64,000 nt of DNA from an uncultured cyanobacterium (GTDB lineage: Bacteria; Cyanobacteriota; Cyanobacteriia; Cyanobacteriales; Nostocaceae), in the NCBI GenBank assembly GCA_963706595.1, contig OY970166.1:1152001-1216000 (forward strand). Direction: 5' to 3'. This document shows, one piece after another, positions 44,825-55,778 of this stretch. The position numbers were made by a program, and so were the translations under genes. The notes beneath the pieces were generated by a model. The model was not told the DNA's origin and searched no databases. It was given only the letters and a program-made list of their open reading frames with translations. How positions within the stretch are numbered: the first letter of the stretch is position 1; every line of letters begins with the position of its first letter.

Positions 44825-45229
44825 TTACCAAATAGTTTTGATAGTTGTTAAAGCTTGAATTCGCAAATCACGAGTAACTAAAGGAATACCCAAAGAGAAA
44901 GCTGTAGCGGCAATAATTCTATCAGGCATATCAGGAACAGTTACCCTGTCAATTTGTCGAATTGCTCCTGAAACATTCCTATCTAGAGGTACAAGTATAA
45001 TACCTATATTGGGGTCATCCAAAGCGTTTAAAATTCGTGTTAATACTTCTTCTGCAAAACGTCCTTTCTCAACTAAATAAGCAATTTCTATGATTGTGAT
45101 AGCTGATACGTAAATAGGATTACCTGTATTAACTGCTTGTTCTAACGCTGTTAATGCGGTTGATGACAACCTCTGCAAGTCAAAAACGTACCAAATTAAA
45201 GTGTGTGTATCTGCTACTACTGATGTCAT
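44825..45229 (-). CDS. VapC/PIN toxin
   Basis: Motifs VADTHTLIW, TIIEIAYL, PDMPDRIIAATA. Confidence 0.9.
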   Translation of the reverse strand: MTSVVADTHTLIWYVFDLQRLSSTALTALEQAVNTGNPIYVSAITIIEIAYLVEKGRFAEEVLTRILNALDDPNIGIILVPLDRNVSGAIRQIDRVTVPDMPDRIIAATAFSLGIPLVTRDLRIQALTTIKTIW

Positions 45230-45453
45230 GAAACAATATCCCTGGGGAAATTACCCCACATTTCTTGACGTGCTTGAGCAAGCTCCTCTTCAGTAATATC
45301 TACTTTTAAATCAGCACATAATCCTCTAATAGTCCGTAAAGGTTTCTTAATAGTAGCTTTTTGAGCCAAAAATTCGGCAAAATCTAATAGTTGCTGCTGT
45401 TTATCCACAGGTAAATGGCGTAATCTTTCTAAGACTGCTTCCTCAAGATTCAT
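45226..45453 (-). CDS. DUF2281-like antitoxin
   Basis: LP..KQQQLLDFAEFL; 4-nt overlap with the PIN gene. Confidence 0.85.
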   Translation of the reverse strand: MNLEEAVLERLRHLPVDKQQQLLDFAEFLAQKATIKKPLRTIRGLCADLKVDITEEELAQARQEMWGNFPRDIVS

Positions 45454-45566
45454 CTAACGTTCTCCTGATTTAACTTCCCAAAAGGGCTTTAATCTCTGTA
45501 CTAATTTCAGCTACTCGTCTATCTTTCTCTAAGATATCAGCTTATAAAAAAACTTGCCCTACTAGC

Positions 45567-47033
45567 TTAACTAGCAAAGATTTGAGCGAATCTACGAATC
45601 CCCTCAGCTAGCTGTTGTTCTGTCAATTCACCATAGCCAAAAATAAATTCACCTGTATGATCAGGTTTAAGATACTGGGATTTAGCAGACATGATTCCCA
45701 AACCCATTTGGGCTGCACGATATATGATTTCTGCGTCACTAAGATGGCTGTCTATTTTCACCATTAAATGAATTCCCGCCTTTTCTCCTAAAATAGTGAC
45801 TTTCTCCCCCAGGTGAACATTTAACGCTTTAACCAGAATTTGACAACGCTGTTCATAAAGCGATCGCATCTTTCTAATATGACGTTCTAAATGTCCTTCA
45901 GTAATCAAGTCTGCAAGTGCTTGCTGTTCTAGGATTGGTAAATGGCGATCGCTTAACCACTTAGCACGGGCGAATATAGCCACTAAATTCTTTGGTAATA
46001 CTAAATAACCAATCCGCAATCCCGGAAACAGCACTTTTGAGAAAGTCCCAATGTACAGGACTGAATCACTACGATCCAAACCTTGTAAAGCTGGAATTGG
46101 TCTGTCACCATAGCGATATTCACTATCATAGTCATCTTCAATAATTAATCCCCCAGTTTGTTGCGCCCAAGCTAATAGTTCTAAACGCCGAGGTAAAGAT
46201 AAAATTGCTCCGGTGGGGAATTGGTGGGAAGGTGTGACATAGACAAGCGCAATGGGTTTGCTGGTATAGTTGACCAGTTCTTTGACAATTAAGCCGGAAT
46301 CATCCACAGGAATCGGTAAAAGTTCAGCGCCTTGAGTCTGAAAAATCAAACGTGCGCTCATATAACCTGGATCTTCCAGTGCAATCATATCTCCAGGCTC
46401 AATTAATAGCCGCATAATTAAATCCAGTCCTTGCTGAGTCCCATTGACAATCAGCACTTGATCTGTGTCACATTTAACAGCACGGGAACGGGATAAATAA
46501 GAAGCGATCGCCTCCCGCAAAGGTTTGTAACCCAAGGGTTCTGTAGAATAATCCAACCAACTCAAATTACTGTAAAAGTAACGCGATAGTAATCTGCGCC
46601 ACAGCTTGAGGGGAAATTGGTCTATAGCTGGTTGTCCGTAGCGAAAGTTAATCTCGGTATCAGGTGCGGCGATTCTCGGCAGATTTTCAGTGTCAGCTAA
46701 AATCATCCCGTACCGATTTAATTTAACTGGTAAACGCGTAATTGTTTGGCTCGATTCTATCGGTGTGGAATGCAGCAAATCATCGGGAAGTTGAGCGCAA
46801 ACAAAGGTTCCAGAACCCGAAATTGTGGTTAAATAACCTTCACTCAAAAGTTGTTCATAGCTTTGAGTCACAGTAGTACGAGATATATTCAAAGATTTGG
46901 CTAGCGATCGCGTCGAAGGAATACGGACTCCTGGCGACAATCGCCCGTTGAGTATGGCTTGACGCAGTTCTTGATATAGCTGCTGATGCAGAGGTAGAGG
47001 GGAATTACTATTCAAGGCGATCGCTAAATCCAT
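45567..47033 (-). CDS. MocR/PdxR-family GntR regulator with PLP-binding domain
   Basis: wHTH PSTRSLA...SRTTV, TPSHQFPTG, EDDYDSEY, TFSK. Confidence 0.95.
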   Translation of the reverse strand: MDLAIALNSNSPLPLHQQLYQELRQAILNGRLSPGVRIPSTRSLAKSLNISRTTVTQSYEQLLSEGYLTTISGSGTFVCAQLPDDLLHSTPIESSQTITRLPVKLNRYGMILADTENLPRIAAPDTEINFRYGQPAIDQFPLKLWRRLLSRYFYSNLSWLDYSTEPLGYKPLREAIASYLSRSRAVKCDTDQVLIVNGTQQGLDLIMRLLIEPGDMIALEDPGYMSARLIFQTQGAELLPIPVDDSGLIVKELVNYTSKPIALVYVTPSHQFPTGAILSLPRRLELLAWAQQTGGLIIEDDYDSEYRYGDRPIPALQGLDRSDSVLYIGTFSKVLFPGLRIGYLVLPKNLVAIFARAKWLSDRHLPILEQQALADLITEGHLERHIRKMRSLYEQRCQILVKALNVHLGEKVTILGEKAGIHLMVKIDSHLSDAEIIYRAAQMGLGIMSAKSQYLKPDHTGEFIFGYGELTEQQLAEGIRRFAQIFAS

Positions 47034-47045
47034 AATCCAACAATG

Positions 47046-47095
47046 AAAGTGGACTGCTATTAAATCACAAAAGTGGCTCTTGTCTCAGACCACTT
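47046..47095. promoter_or_regulatory. Putative MocR operator
   Basis: Direct repeats AAAGTGG at 47046 and 47070 plus inverted CCACTT at 47090, in the divergent intergenic gap. Confidence 0.6.
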
Positions 47096-47140
47096 GGGAA
47101 ATTACGCTAACGGTAGTTGAAATCAACGCCCCTAATGATC

Positions 47141-47806
47141 ATGAATGAAATTAATCACGAACAGTTAAGCCCTACACAACGCAGTCAAATCAAGCGCGTA
47201 CCTCAAAGGGGAAATTATGAGCGTCAGGCGATTTATGACATTTTAGATGAAGGGTTAATTTGTCATCTGGGATTTACTGTAGATAATCAGCCTTATGTGA
47301 TTCCTACTGCTTATGGTCGGGTAGAAGACCAATTATATATTCATGGTTCACCAGCTAGTCGAATGTTGCGATCGCTGCAAACTGGTATTGAAGTTTGCTT
47401 GACTGTGACTCTACTAGATGGTCTAGTCCTAGCGCGTTCGGCGTTCCATCATTCCATGAATTACCGTTCAGTAGTAGTATTTGGTACAGCAACTATCGTC
47501 AAAGACCCTAATGCTAAATTAGCCGCCCTCAGAGCATTTACTGACCATGTGATGCCCAAACGATGGGAGAATGTGCGCCCACCCCACCGCCAGGAAATGC
47601 AGGGAACTCTGGTGCTTTCCTTACCTCTAACCGAAGCATCTGCCAAAGTGCGGACAGGACCACCCCTAGATGATGAAGCCGATTATGCTTTACCTGTATG
47701 GGCTGGAGTTTTGCCATTAAAATTAGTGGCTGGGGAAGCGATCGCTGATTCTCGTGTACCGTCAACCATTAATATACCTGTAGAGGTAGAAAACTATACT
47801 CGTTGA
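47141..47806 (+). CDS. Pyridoxamine 5'-phosphate oxidase-like flavin-binding protein
   Basis: Motifs PYVIPT, YIHGS, ARSAFHHSMNYRS. Confidence 0.9.
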   Translation: MNEINHEQLSPTQRSQIKRVPQRGNYERQAIYDILDEGLICHLGFTVDNQPYVIPTAYGRVEDQLYIHGSPASRMLRSLQTGIEVCLTVTLLDGLVLARSAFHHSMNYRSVVVFGTATIVKDPNAKLAALRAFTDHVMPKRWENVRPPHRQEMQGTLVLSLPLTEASAKVRTGPPLDDEADYALPVWAGVLPLKLVAGEAIADSRVPSTINIPVEVENYTR

Positions 47807-47841
47807 CAGAAAAAGGGATAATCTCTCAAAACTTTAAACTC

Positions 47842-49293
47842 ATGAATCCACCTGTAGCAACGTCTTGGCAAGCCGTCCGTAATGCCTTTCAACAAATTTG
47901 GGGTTACGATGATTTCCGTCCACCACAAGGCGAAATAGTCAGCAGTTTATTAGCCAAAAAAGACGCATTGATTATTATGCCTACAGGTGGCGGAAAATCA
48001 ATTTGTTTTCAACTTCCCGCACTTCTACAAACAGGATTAACTTTAGTAGTTTCGCCCTTGGTAGCACTGATGGAAAACCAAGTCCAAGAACTACTTCAGA
48101 AAAAACAAAAAGCAGCACTTTTGCATAGTGAATTGCCGACCTATCAACGCCGTGCTACACTCCAAGCCTTAGAAAGACAACAACTCAGATTACTGTATTT
48201 ATCCCCAGAGACTTTATTGAGTCCGCCAGTCTGGGAAAAATTATGTCATCCCAACTTACAAATTAATGGTTTGATATTAGATGAAGCCCATTGTTTAGTC
48301 CAGTGGGGAGATACATTTCGCCCAGCTTATCGCAGATTAGGCGCAGTCAGACCTGCATTACTCAAAACAAAACCACCAGGAACAAAAATTAGTATTGCTG
48401 CTTTTACTGCTACTGCTGACCCCGCAGCCCAAAAAACTATTCAAACAGTTTTACAATTACAGCAACCAGAAATTTTTCGCTTGAATCCTTACCGCCCGAA
48501 TTTGCATCTCACTGTTCGCATAGCTTGGACACCACGCAGTCGGAAACAGCAATTATTAAAGTTTATTCAAAATCGCCCCAAACAATCGGGATTAATTTAT
48601 GTTCGGACTAGAAAAGATAGCGAAAATTTAGCTGCATGGTTAGCAGAAATGGGTTACACTACAGCTAGTTATCATGCTGGATTGGGTGCAGCAGAACGCC
48701 GTGATGTAGAAGCTCAATGGCTAAGTGGTAAAATTCCCTTTGTTATTTGTACCTGTGCCTTTGGGATGGGGATAAATAAATCAGATGTACGTTGGGTAAT
48801 CCACTTTCAAGCCCCATACCTGATATCTGAATATGTGCAAGAAATTGGTCGCGCTGGAAGAGATGGAAAACCAGCCGAAGCATTAACTTTAATTAGTGAA
48901 CCTACCGGATTGTTAGATCCAGAGGATAAGCAAAGACAGCAGTTCTTTGATGAACAAATGCGATCGCAACAACAAACAGCGCAGCAATTGGTCAAAAAAC
49001 TACCCAAACAGGGAGAAGTGAATGCAGTAACCCGTGAATTTCGTAATGCTGCGATCGCCTTGGCTTTACTTCACAGCAGTGGTCAATTAAAATGGGTTGA
49101 CCCTTTTCATTACACTATTGATTCAGGGGTAAAAAATCAGCCAATGACACAATCACAAGCTGCTAAACAAATGCAGCAATATTTGCATACTAAAAAATGT
49201 CGTTGGCAATTTTTACTAAATGCTTTTGGTTTTGACAAAGAAGCTGCTAACTGGCGTTGTGGACATTGTGATAATTGTCGAAATAGCCATTAG
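47842..49293 (+). CDS. recQ: RecQ-family helicase (short form)
   Basis: Motifs PTGGGKS, DEAHC, QEIGRAGRDG, CGHCDNC. Confidence 0.93.
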   Translation: MNPPVATSWQAVRNAFQQIWGYDDFRPPQGEIVSSLLAKKDALIIMPTGGGKSICFQLPALLQTGLTLVVSPLVALMENQVQELLQKKQKAALLHSELPTYQRRATLQALERQQLRLLYLSPETLLSPPVWEKLCHPNLQINGLILDEAHCLVQWGDTFRPAYRRLGAVRPALLKTKPPGTKISIAAFTATADPAAQKTIQTVLQLQQPEIFRLNPYRPNLHLTVRIAWTPRSRKQQLLKFIQNRPKQSGLIYVRTRKDSENLAAWLAEMGYTTASYHAGLGAAERRDVEAQWLSGKIPFVICTCAFGMGINKSDVRWVIHFQAPYLISEYVQEIGRAGRDGKPAEALTLISEPTGLLDPEDKQRQQFFDEQMRSQQQTAQQLVKKLPKQGEVNAVTREFRNAAIALALLHSSGQLKWVDPFHYTIDSGVKNQPMTQSQAAKQMQQYLHTKKCRWQFLLNAFGFDKEAANWRCGHCDNCRNSH

Positions 49294-49483
49294 TTATGAT
49301 CAAAAATTCGCTGGTATCACTGAATTGTTTAGCTTGCGTGGCGACTTAGCCATAAACCTGATGAAACTTCACCCCAACCCTCTCCTTAGTAAGGAGAGGG
49401 AGCAGGAATGTTGTTTTTTCGTTTTGCTTAACGAGGGAGATTTAGATAGATTTATAAATCTGAAGTATCCCTTTTAACAGTTA

Positions 49484-50476
49484 TTAAAACTGCCGCAAAA
49501 ATCGTAAATCGCTAGAGTACAAACGGCGGATATCATCAATTTGATGTAAAACCATCGCAAAACGTTCTACACCAAAACCAGCAGCAAATCCAGTGTAAAT
49601 TTCTGGGTCATAACCTACAGATTTCATTACATTTGGATCAACCATTCCGCAACCCATCACTTCTAACCAGCGCCCATTCCACTGCAAATCTACTTCCGCA
49701 GAAGGTTCTGTAAAGGGGAAGTAACTAGCACGGAAACGAATGGGTAAATCACCAAATATGGCTTGTAAAAACAGCTTGACAGTACCTTTGAGGTCTGTAA
49801 AAGTTAAACCTTCATCGATGGCTAAAAGTTCGATTTGATGGAAAACCGCCGAGTGCGTAGCATCGACATTATCTCGCCGATAAACTCGCCCTGGGGCTAC
49901 AACCCGGATGGGTGGTTCCTCTTTTTCCATGTAGCGAATTTGTACTGATGAGGTATGAGTCCGCAGAAGATTTCCATCTGGGAGGTAGAAGGTATCCTGC
50001 ATATCACGGGCGGGGTGGTCAGGTGGAGTATTTAAGGCTTCAAAATTATAATAATCTGTTTCCATCTCCGGCCCTTCAGCTACGGTGTAGCCCATGCCCA
50101 CAAAAATATCCAGCGCCCGGTCAATAATCCCATTGAGTGGATGAATCCGACCTTGGGGGCTGTAAATTCCCGGCATAGTCACATCGAGGGTTTCCGCTTC
50201 TAGCTGTGCCTGAATTTTAGCGGATTCTAAAGCGGTGCGTTGCTGGTCTAGACTATTTTGTAGGGACTCTTTGACTGTATTGGCGATCGCTCCAATTTTG
50301 GGTCTTTCCTCCGCACTCATTTGCCCCATACTTCGCAATAACGCCCCCAGTTGCCCTTTTTTACCCAAATAGCTAATTCTGAGTTCTTCTAGACGTTCTA
50401 GGGTGTCTGCGGCGGCGATCGCTTGTTCTCCTTCCTGCCGCAGTGCTAAAAGTTGAGCCTCTAAATTGGTAGTCAT
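49484..50476 (-). CDS. pheS: Phenylalanine-tRNA ligase alpha subunit
   Basis: Motifs [27 protein letters not shown]. Confidence 0.98.
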   Translation of the reverse strand: MTTNLEAQLLALRQEGEQAIAAADTLERLEELRISYLGKKGQLGALLRSMGQMSAEERPKIGAIANTVKESLQNSLDQQRTALESAKIQAQLEAETLDVTMPGIYSPQGRIHPLNGIIDRALDIFVGMGYTVAEGPEMETDYYNFEALNTPPDHPARDMQDTFYLPDGNLLRTHTSSVQIRYMEKEEPPIRVVAPGRVYRRDNVDATHSAVFHQIELLAIDEGLTFTDLKGTVKLFLQAIFGDLPIRFRASYFPFTEPSAEVDLQWNGRWLEVMGCGMVDPNVMKSVGYDPEIYTGFAAGFGVERFAMVLHQIDDIRRLYSSDLRFLRQF

Positions 50477-50740
50477 TAGTTCTTAGTCATGAGTCATGAG
50501 TCATTGCTTATTAGTCTACGACTTTGGACTGCTAACCAATCACTTTAATCAGAGTCCAAGGTCAAAACCCAACCTCTGTTTACCAGTTTACAGACGATTA
50601 GCTGTGTGGGAGTGTCTTTTTGCCTCATACTGGAGGGAGATATCTAAATATTGACAAACGACTCCTAAAAAATCACCACTAACCATAAACCCATAATTCC
50701 TTCATAGTACAAACCCCCAGATAAATCTGGGGGTAGAACC

Positions 50741-50787
50741 AAAATCTAAAATCTAAAATCTAAAATCTAAAATCTAAAATCCAAAAT
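50741..50787. repeat. Heptamer STRR (AAAATCT)n
   Basis: Read directly from the sequence. Confidence 0.9.
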
Positions 50788-50797
50788 TGTTTGATCC

Positions 50798-51598
50798 ATG
50801 AAATTACTCATTAGTAATGATGACGGAGTTTCTGCCTTGGGGATTCGCACCCTAGCGGACTCCTTGGCAGAAGCAGGCCATGATGTCAGTGTAGTTTGCC
50901 CGGATCGGGAACGTTCAGCCACTGGACATGGACTCACTATGCAGCAACCCATTCGTGCCGAAGTCATCGAATCAGTGTTTCATCCGACTGTCAATGCTTG
51001 GGCTTGTGATGGTACTCCCTCAGACTGCGTAAAATTGGCACTGTGGGCTTTGCTAGATTCTCCCCCTGATTTAGTTCTCTCTGGCATTAATCAAGGCGCA
51101 AATTTGGGAACGGAAATTCTTTATTCCGGTACGGTTGCGGCGGCTATGGAAGGCGTAATTGAAGGCATCCCCAGCATCGCCTTCAGTCTAACCAGCCACA
51201 CATCCAAAGACTTTAAACCTGCTGCTAAGTTTGCCCAACTTCTGGTGGAAAAAATAGCGGTAAATCCCCTACCAGAATTAATGTTGCTGAATGTCAACGT
51301 TCCCGCAGTCAACTGGGAAAAAATTGCTGGAGTGACTTTTACCCGTCAAGGAGTGCGGCGTTACGTTGATGTTTTTGATAAGCGAGTTGATCCTCGTGGC
51401 AAAATTTACTACTGGTTAACTGGAGAAATTTTGGAAGAAGTCGAACCACCTCCAGGTTTAAATCTATCTGATAACGTACCTATAGATGTTCATGTTATTC
51501 GCAACAACTACATCAGCGTCACGCCATTACAATATAATCTCACCTATCCGACAGGGCTAGATAGCTTGTCTGAGTGGGAATTCTCACTGCCAAGCTGA
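50798..51598 (+). CDS. surE: 5'/3'-nucleotidase SurE
   Basis: Motifs SNDDG, GTPSDC, SGIN.G.N, YSGT. Confidence 0.96.
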   Translation: MKLLISNDDGVSALGIRTLADSLAEAGHDVSVVCPDRERSATGHGLTMQQPIRAEVIESVFHPTVNAWACDGTPSDCVKLALWALLDSPPDLVLSGINQGANLGTEILYSGTVAAAMEGVIEGIPSIAFSLTSHTSKDFKPAAKFAQLLVEKIAVNPLPELMLLNVNVPAVNWEKIAGVTFTRQGVRRYVDVFDKRVDPRGKIYYWLTGEILEEVEPPPGLNLSDNVPIDVHVIRNNYISVTPLQYNLTYPTGLDSLSEWEFSLPS

Positions 51599-51718
51599 AA
51601 CAAGGTATACTGCTTTAGCTAAAAAATATACCTTTACCAAATACTTTAAGACAGCATAAACTGAATAAAACAAGTATCATTTTATTTATCGCCCGCGAAA
51701 TCCAGATAAGCAATACTC

Positions 51719-52615
51719 ATGTCCAGGATAGAGAACCAATTTACCGTACAATTTTGGGGCGTTCGCGGGAGCATCCCTAGTCCAGGTCCACACACTGTTC
51801 GTTATGGCGGTAATACCCCTTGCGTTGAGATGCAAGTGGGTGGTCAACGCTTGATTTTTGACTGTGGTACAGGACTACACGTTTTAGGGCAATCATTATT
51901 GTGTCAAATGCCCACAGAAGGTCATATATTTTTCACCCACTCCCACTGGGATCATATTCAAGGATTTCCCTTTTTTGTCCCAGGGTTTGTCCAAGGTAAT
52001 AAATTTAATATTTATGGCGCGATCGCTCCTGATGGTTCCACAATAGAACAGCGTCTGAATGACCAGATGCTCCATCCCAATTTTCCTGTCCCCTTACAAA
52101 TCATGCAGGCAAATTTGACCTTCCATGATGTGAAAGCAGGGGAAGCATTACATATTAATGACATTACCGTAGAAACAGCACCTCTGAACCATCCAGGGGA
52201 GGCAGTAGGATATCGAGTTAACTGGCGTGGCGGTGCTGCCGTTTACTTAACTGATACTGAACATTTTCCGGACAAGCTGGATGAAAATGTCCTGTGGCTA
52301 TCTCGGAATGCGGATATCTTAATTTATGATTCCACTTATACCGATGAGGAATACCATTCACCAAAATCACCGAAAATTGGCTGGGGACATTCAACTTGGC
52401 AAGAAGCTGTGAAAGTAGCCAAAGCCGCTAATGTCAAAAAATTGGTGATTTATCACCATGATCCTGCCCACAACGATGATTTTTTGGATCGTGTAGGGGA
52501 AGAAGCATCTGAGGAATTTCCCGGTGCAATCATGGCACGAGAAGGAATGGTTCTCCAGGTTCCCACCTCAGTTCCCTTATCAGAATCTTTTCCTGCGAGC
52601 AAGTTCTCTGTGTGA
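51719..52615 (+). CDS. MBL-fold metallohydrolase
   Basis: Motifs WGVRGS, GGNTPC, THSHWDH, TDTE. Confidence 0.92.
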   Translation: MSRIENQFTVQFWGVRGSIPSPGPHTVRYGGNTPCVEMQVGGQRLIFDCGTGLHVLGQSLLCQMPTEGHIFFTHSHWDHIQGFPFFVPGFVQGNKFNIYGAIAPDGSTIEQRLNDQMLHPNFPVPLQIMQANLTFHDVKAGEALHINDITVETAPLNHPGEAVGYRVNWRGGAAVYLTDTEHFPDKLDENVLWLSRNADILIYDSTYTDEEYHSPKSPKIGWGHSTWQEAVKVAKAANVKKLVIYHHDPAHNDDFLDRVGEEASEEFPGAIMAREGMVLQVPTSVPLSESFPASKFSV

Positions 52616-53040
52616 ATGTCGCAATCGAAGCAATTGTAGATTTTAGATTAGATTGGTGATCAAGAGCTATTAGCGCGATCGCGAACCTTGCGAGTCCGCC
52701 GCGACCACTGGAGGATCAGCTATGCGGTTTGTTAGCCAAACACAGACCCTTGTAAACCCCTTCTTTTGGGGCTGACACTTCATTAGAGTCTACTGCTTGC
52801 AGAAGTAGGCTAAAGGAGCAGCGAGGAGGTGTAAAGGAATTAAATTTTCTTTTTCTCCTGAAGCTTTTGTGTGTGGAGTCATCTGGACTCAGCAACTAGC
52901 GCCACTAGCATAAGATACCCTATTTGTCAACTGAGTCTGGGGTATTTTTGGCTGATAGAGACAAAGCTTTGACTCTAGGCGGCTGAACGTAAGGTAGCTT
53001 GTGGCTGATGGCTAAATAAACCTAAAATCCCAGAATCCGG

Positions 53041-54100
53041 ATGCTCAATTTGTCTAAAAATGGACGTTCTATGTGGGTGACTTCCTCAATGGAACAGATG
53101 CTCAAGCCAACTGCTGTGGCCCTTGGCAAATTTGATGGAGTACATCTTGGTCATCACAGAGTTATTCAACCAATTTTGTCCCCAGTCAAGGATGAGCCAA
53201 GACGAGGAGATGAGGAGAACTTATCAAACTACTCACCCACCTCATCCACCCCACCACCAGAACAGACATACTCGACAGTTGTCACCTTTGATCCTCATCC
53301 ATTGGAATTTTTTACAGGTCAACCCAGGCCTTTATTAACACCACTGGATGAAAAAGTCCAACAATTGCGATCGCTAGGAGTAGAACAACTTGTACTGCTA
53401 CCCTTTGACAAACAACTATCGGCATTATCTCCCCAAGAGTTTGTCGAACAGATTTTAGTCAAACAACTCCAATGTCGGCGAATAAGTGTTGGGCAAGATT
53501 TTTGTTTTGGCAAACAGCGTCGTGGTACTGCCAAAGACTTGCAATTACTAGCCGCCAAGCATCATATCCCCGTCACCATCGTTTCCTTACAAACTTATAC
53601 AGACAAAACTCCCACCCAGGAGGCTCCCATTAGCACTTCACTGATCCGTCACTACTTAGAAAGTGGCGACATCAAAAATGCCAACCTCCTGCTGGGAAGA
53701 CCTTACAGCCTCATTGGTACTGTGATCCCAGGGCAACAAATGGGGCGAACCATTGGTTTTCCTACCGCCAACCTGCAATTACCAAAGGAAAAATTTGTCC
53801 CCCGCCAAGGTGTTTATGCTGTCCGCGCTGCTATTTTGAGTCAGACACCAGAGACAACTATTGCATATCAGAACTTGGGTGTAATGAACATTGGGAACCG
53901 CCCCACAGTCAATGGTAGTAACTTATCAGTGGAAGTGCATCTGTTCGATTGGTCTGGTGATTTATATGGTCAGACAATTGGCTGTACATCTAGTGGAATT
54001 TTTGCGCCCCGAACAGAAATTTTCTTCTCTAGAAGACCTAAAAACACAAATTCAACTTGACTGTACTGTTGCTAGAGAACATTTGAGCGCTGAATGCTGA
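53041..54100 (+). CDS. ribF: Bifunctional riboflavin kinase/FAD synthetase with an apparent +1 frameshift near 53976
   Basis: GKFDGVHLGH, ISTSLIR, GFPTAN, EVHLFD. The tail LAVHLVEFLRPEQKFSSLEDLKTQI is in the alternate frame ending at 54100. Confidence 0.92.
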
Positions 54101-54209
54101 CTTTTCATAACTGAATGGGAATACTCTAGATTAGGGAATGGAGAATCTAGGATATGTAATTTTCCATTCCCATTGTTTACCCAATTACCAACCCTTTACT
54201 CTGTGGTGC

Positions 54210-55118
54210 ATGAGAGAAAAAATTGATACCCTCACCCAAAATCTGGCTCGTACCATCGTCGGCAAAAACGAAGCCATCCGCTTAGTCTTAGTCGCCCTGT
54301 TAGGTGGTGGTCATGCACTGCTAGAAGATGTCCCTGGAGTTGGTAAAACGCTCCTCGCTAAATCCCTAGCCCGTTCACTGGATGGCAAATTTCAACGGCT
54401 ACAATGTACCCCCGACTTACTACCAACAGACATCACTGGGACTAATATTTGGAACCCCAAAAGCGGCGAATTTACCTTTCTCCCAGGGCCAGTATTTGCC
54501 AATATCCTCCTAGCTGACGAAATCAACCGCGCCACACCCCGCACCCAGTCGGCTTTACTGGAAGTAATGGAAGAACATCAAGTCACAGTTGATGGTATCT
54601 CTCGTGTAGTTCCTCAACCGTTCTTTGTCATTGCCACCCAGAACCCCATAGAATATCAAGGCACTTTTCCTTTACCAGAAGCCCAGATGGATCGGTTTAT
54701 GTTGTCCTTAAGTTTGGGCTATCCTGGGGCTACAGAAGAATTAGAGATGCTGCAAAACCTGCAACAAGGTCGGAGTTTTACTGATTTGCAGCCTTGTCTA
54801 ACCTTGGCAGAAGTAGCTGAATTGCGTCAAGTCTGTTCCCAGGTAAGAGTAGAAACCTCTCTGCAACAATACATTCTCGAATTAGTCCGCGCCACAAGAC
54901 AAGATGAAGAAATTACCTTGGGTGTAAGTCCCCGTGGTACTGTGGCATTACAAAAGGCTACCCAAGCCCTAGCTTTTCTGTTAGGGCGTGATTATGCTAT
55001 TCCCGATGATGTCAAATTTCTCGTCCCTCACGTCCTCTGTCATCGCCTCATTCCCAGGGGAGGACGCAATCCTAGAACTGTCGTTGAGCGATTATTAAGG
55101 TCAGTTCCGATTCCTTAA
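54210..55118 (+). CDS. MoxR-family AAA+ ATPase
   Basis: Motifs EDVPGVGKT, DEINRA, ATQNP.E.QGT.PLPEAQMDRF. Confidence 0.95.
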   Translation: MREKIDTLTQNLARTIVGKNEAIRLVLVALLGGGHALLEDVPGVGKTLLAKSLARSLDGKFQRLQCTPDLLPTDITGTNIWNPKSGEFTFLPGPVFANILLADEINRATPRTQSALLEVMEEHQVTVDGISRVVPQPFFVIATQNPIEYQGTFPLPEAQMDRFMLSLSLGYPGATEELEMLQNLQQGRSFTDLQPCLTLAEVAELRQVCSQVRVETSLQQYILELVRATRQDEEITLGVSPRGTVALQKATQALAFLLGRDYAIPDDVKFLVPHVLCHRLIPRGGRNPRTVVERLLRSVPIP

Positions 55119-55180
55119 TATCTCTGTCCTGCTAAGATTTGGGCGTGTTAGGATCTTCTGCAAAATAAGGTAGATAAAAC

Positions 55181-55438
55181 ATGAAAGCTATTGAAGTTAC
55201 TGGCAAAATTGACGCTGAGGGCAATTTAGTTCTAGACCAGCCGATTCAGGGAACAACTTATCCTCATCAGGTGCGAGTAATTGTGTTAGTTCCAGAACAG
55301 CTAGAAATAGAAGCAATTGACCCTGACGATACACCCGTTGAAGAAATTAAAGCCAGCTTGAAAAGAGCTTTAAAACAAGCCAAAGCAGGACAAACTCAAC
55401 CATTATCCCAGATGTGGGAGGGAATTGATGCAGAGTGA
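55181..55438 (+). CDS. Putative antitoxin
   Basis: Small ORF ending ...QPLSQMWEGIDAE, overlapping the start of a RelE/ParE remnant. Confidence 0.75.
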   Translation: MKAIEVTGKIDAEGNLVLDQPIQGTTYPHQVRVIVLVPEQLEIEAIDPDDTPVEEIKASLKRALKQAKAGQTQPLSQMWEGIDAE

Positions 55439-55594
55439 TAGCGCGAGAGTTCGCAACAGTAATATCGAAAAAGGTAAAAGTGCTGGATACCGCTTAATTA
55501 TCCAGTTGAATCACCTAAAAGTATTTTGCTACTAACAATTTATTTTAAGTCTGAGCGAGAAGATATTGGTGTAAATCAAATTCATGCTTTGTGA
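55428..55594 (+). pseudogene. RelE/ParE-type toxin remnant (internal deletion plus frameshift)
   Basis: MQSDS joins directly to ARVRNSNIEKGKSAGYRLI, then a shifted frame QVESPKSILLLTIYFKSEREDI. Confidence 0.75.
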
Positions 55595-55670
55595 CTAAAT
55601 TTTCTACTTAAAACCTAAATATGCTTGATTAATATATAGGACTCACATTTAATTTATGAAACACAAGTAG

Positions 55671-55774
55671 TAGCGTGGCAAGCTTAAAATAGTGCATTAG
55701 GAAAAAAGCAGAAAACATAGATTTATCTCGATTTTCTCAAAAATCTATTGCAACATTTTAGCCTTGTCACGCCA
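55671..55774 (+). mobile_element. MITE 1 sharing the IS630 ends
   Basis: Starts TAGCGTGGCAAGCTTAAAATAGTGCATTAG and ends TGCAACATTTTAGCCTTGTCACGCCA. Confidence 0.9.
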
Positions 55775-55778
55775 GTAG

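Noticed and set aside
53961..54100. ribF as a true pseudogene
   Set aside because: The gene is normally essential and both parts are otherwise intact; a single extra A points to a base-calling error.
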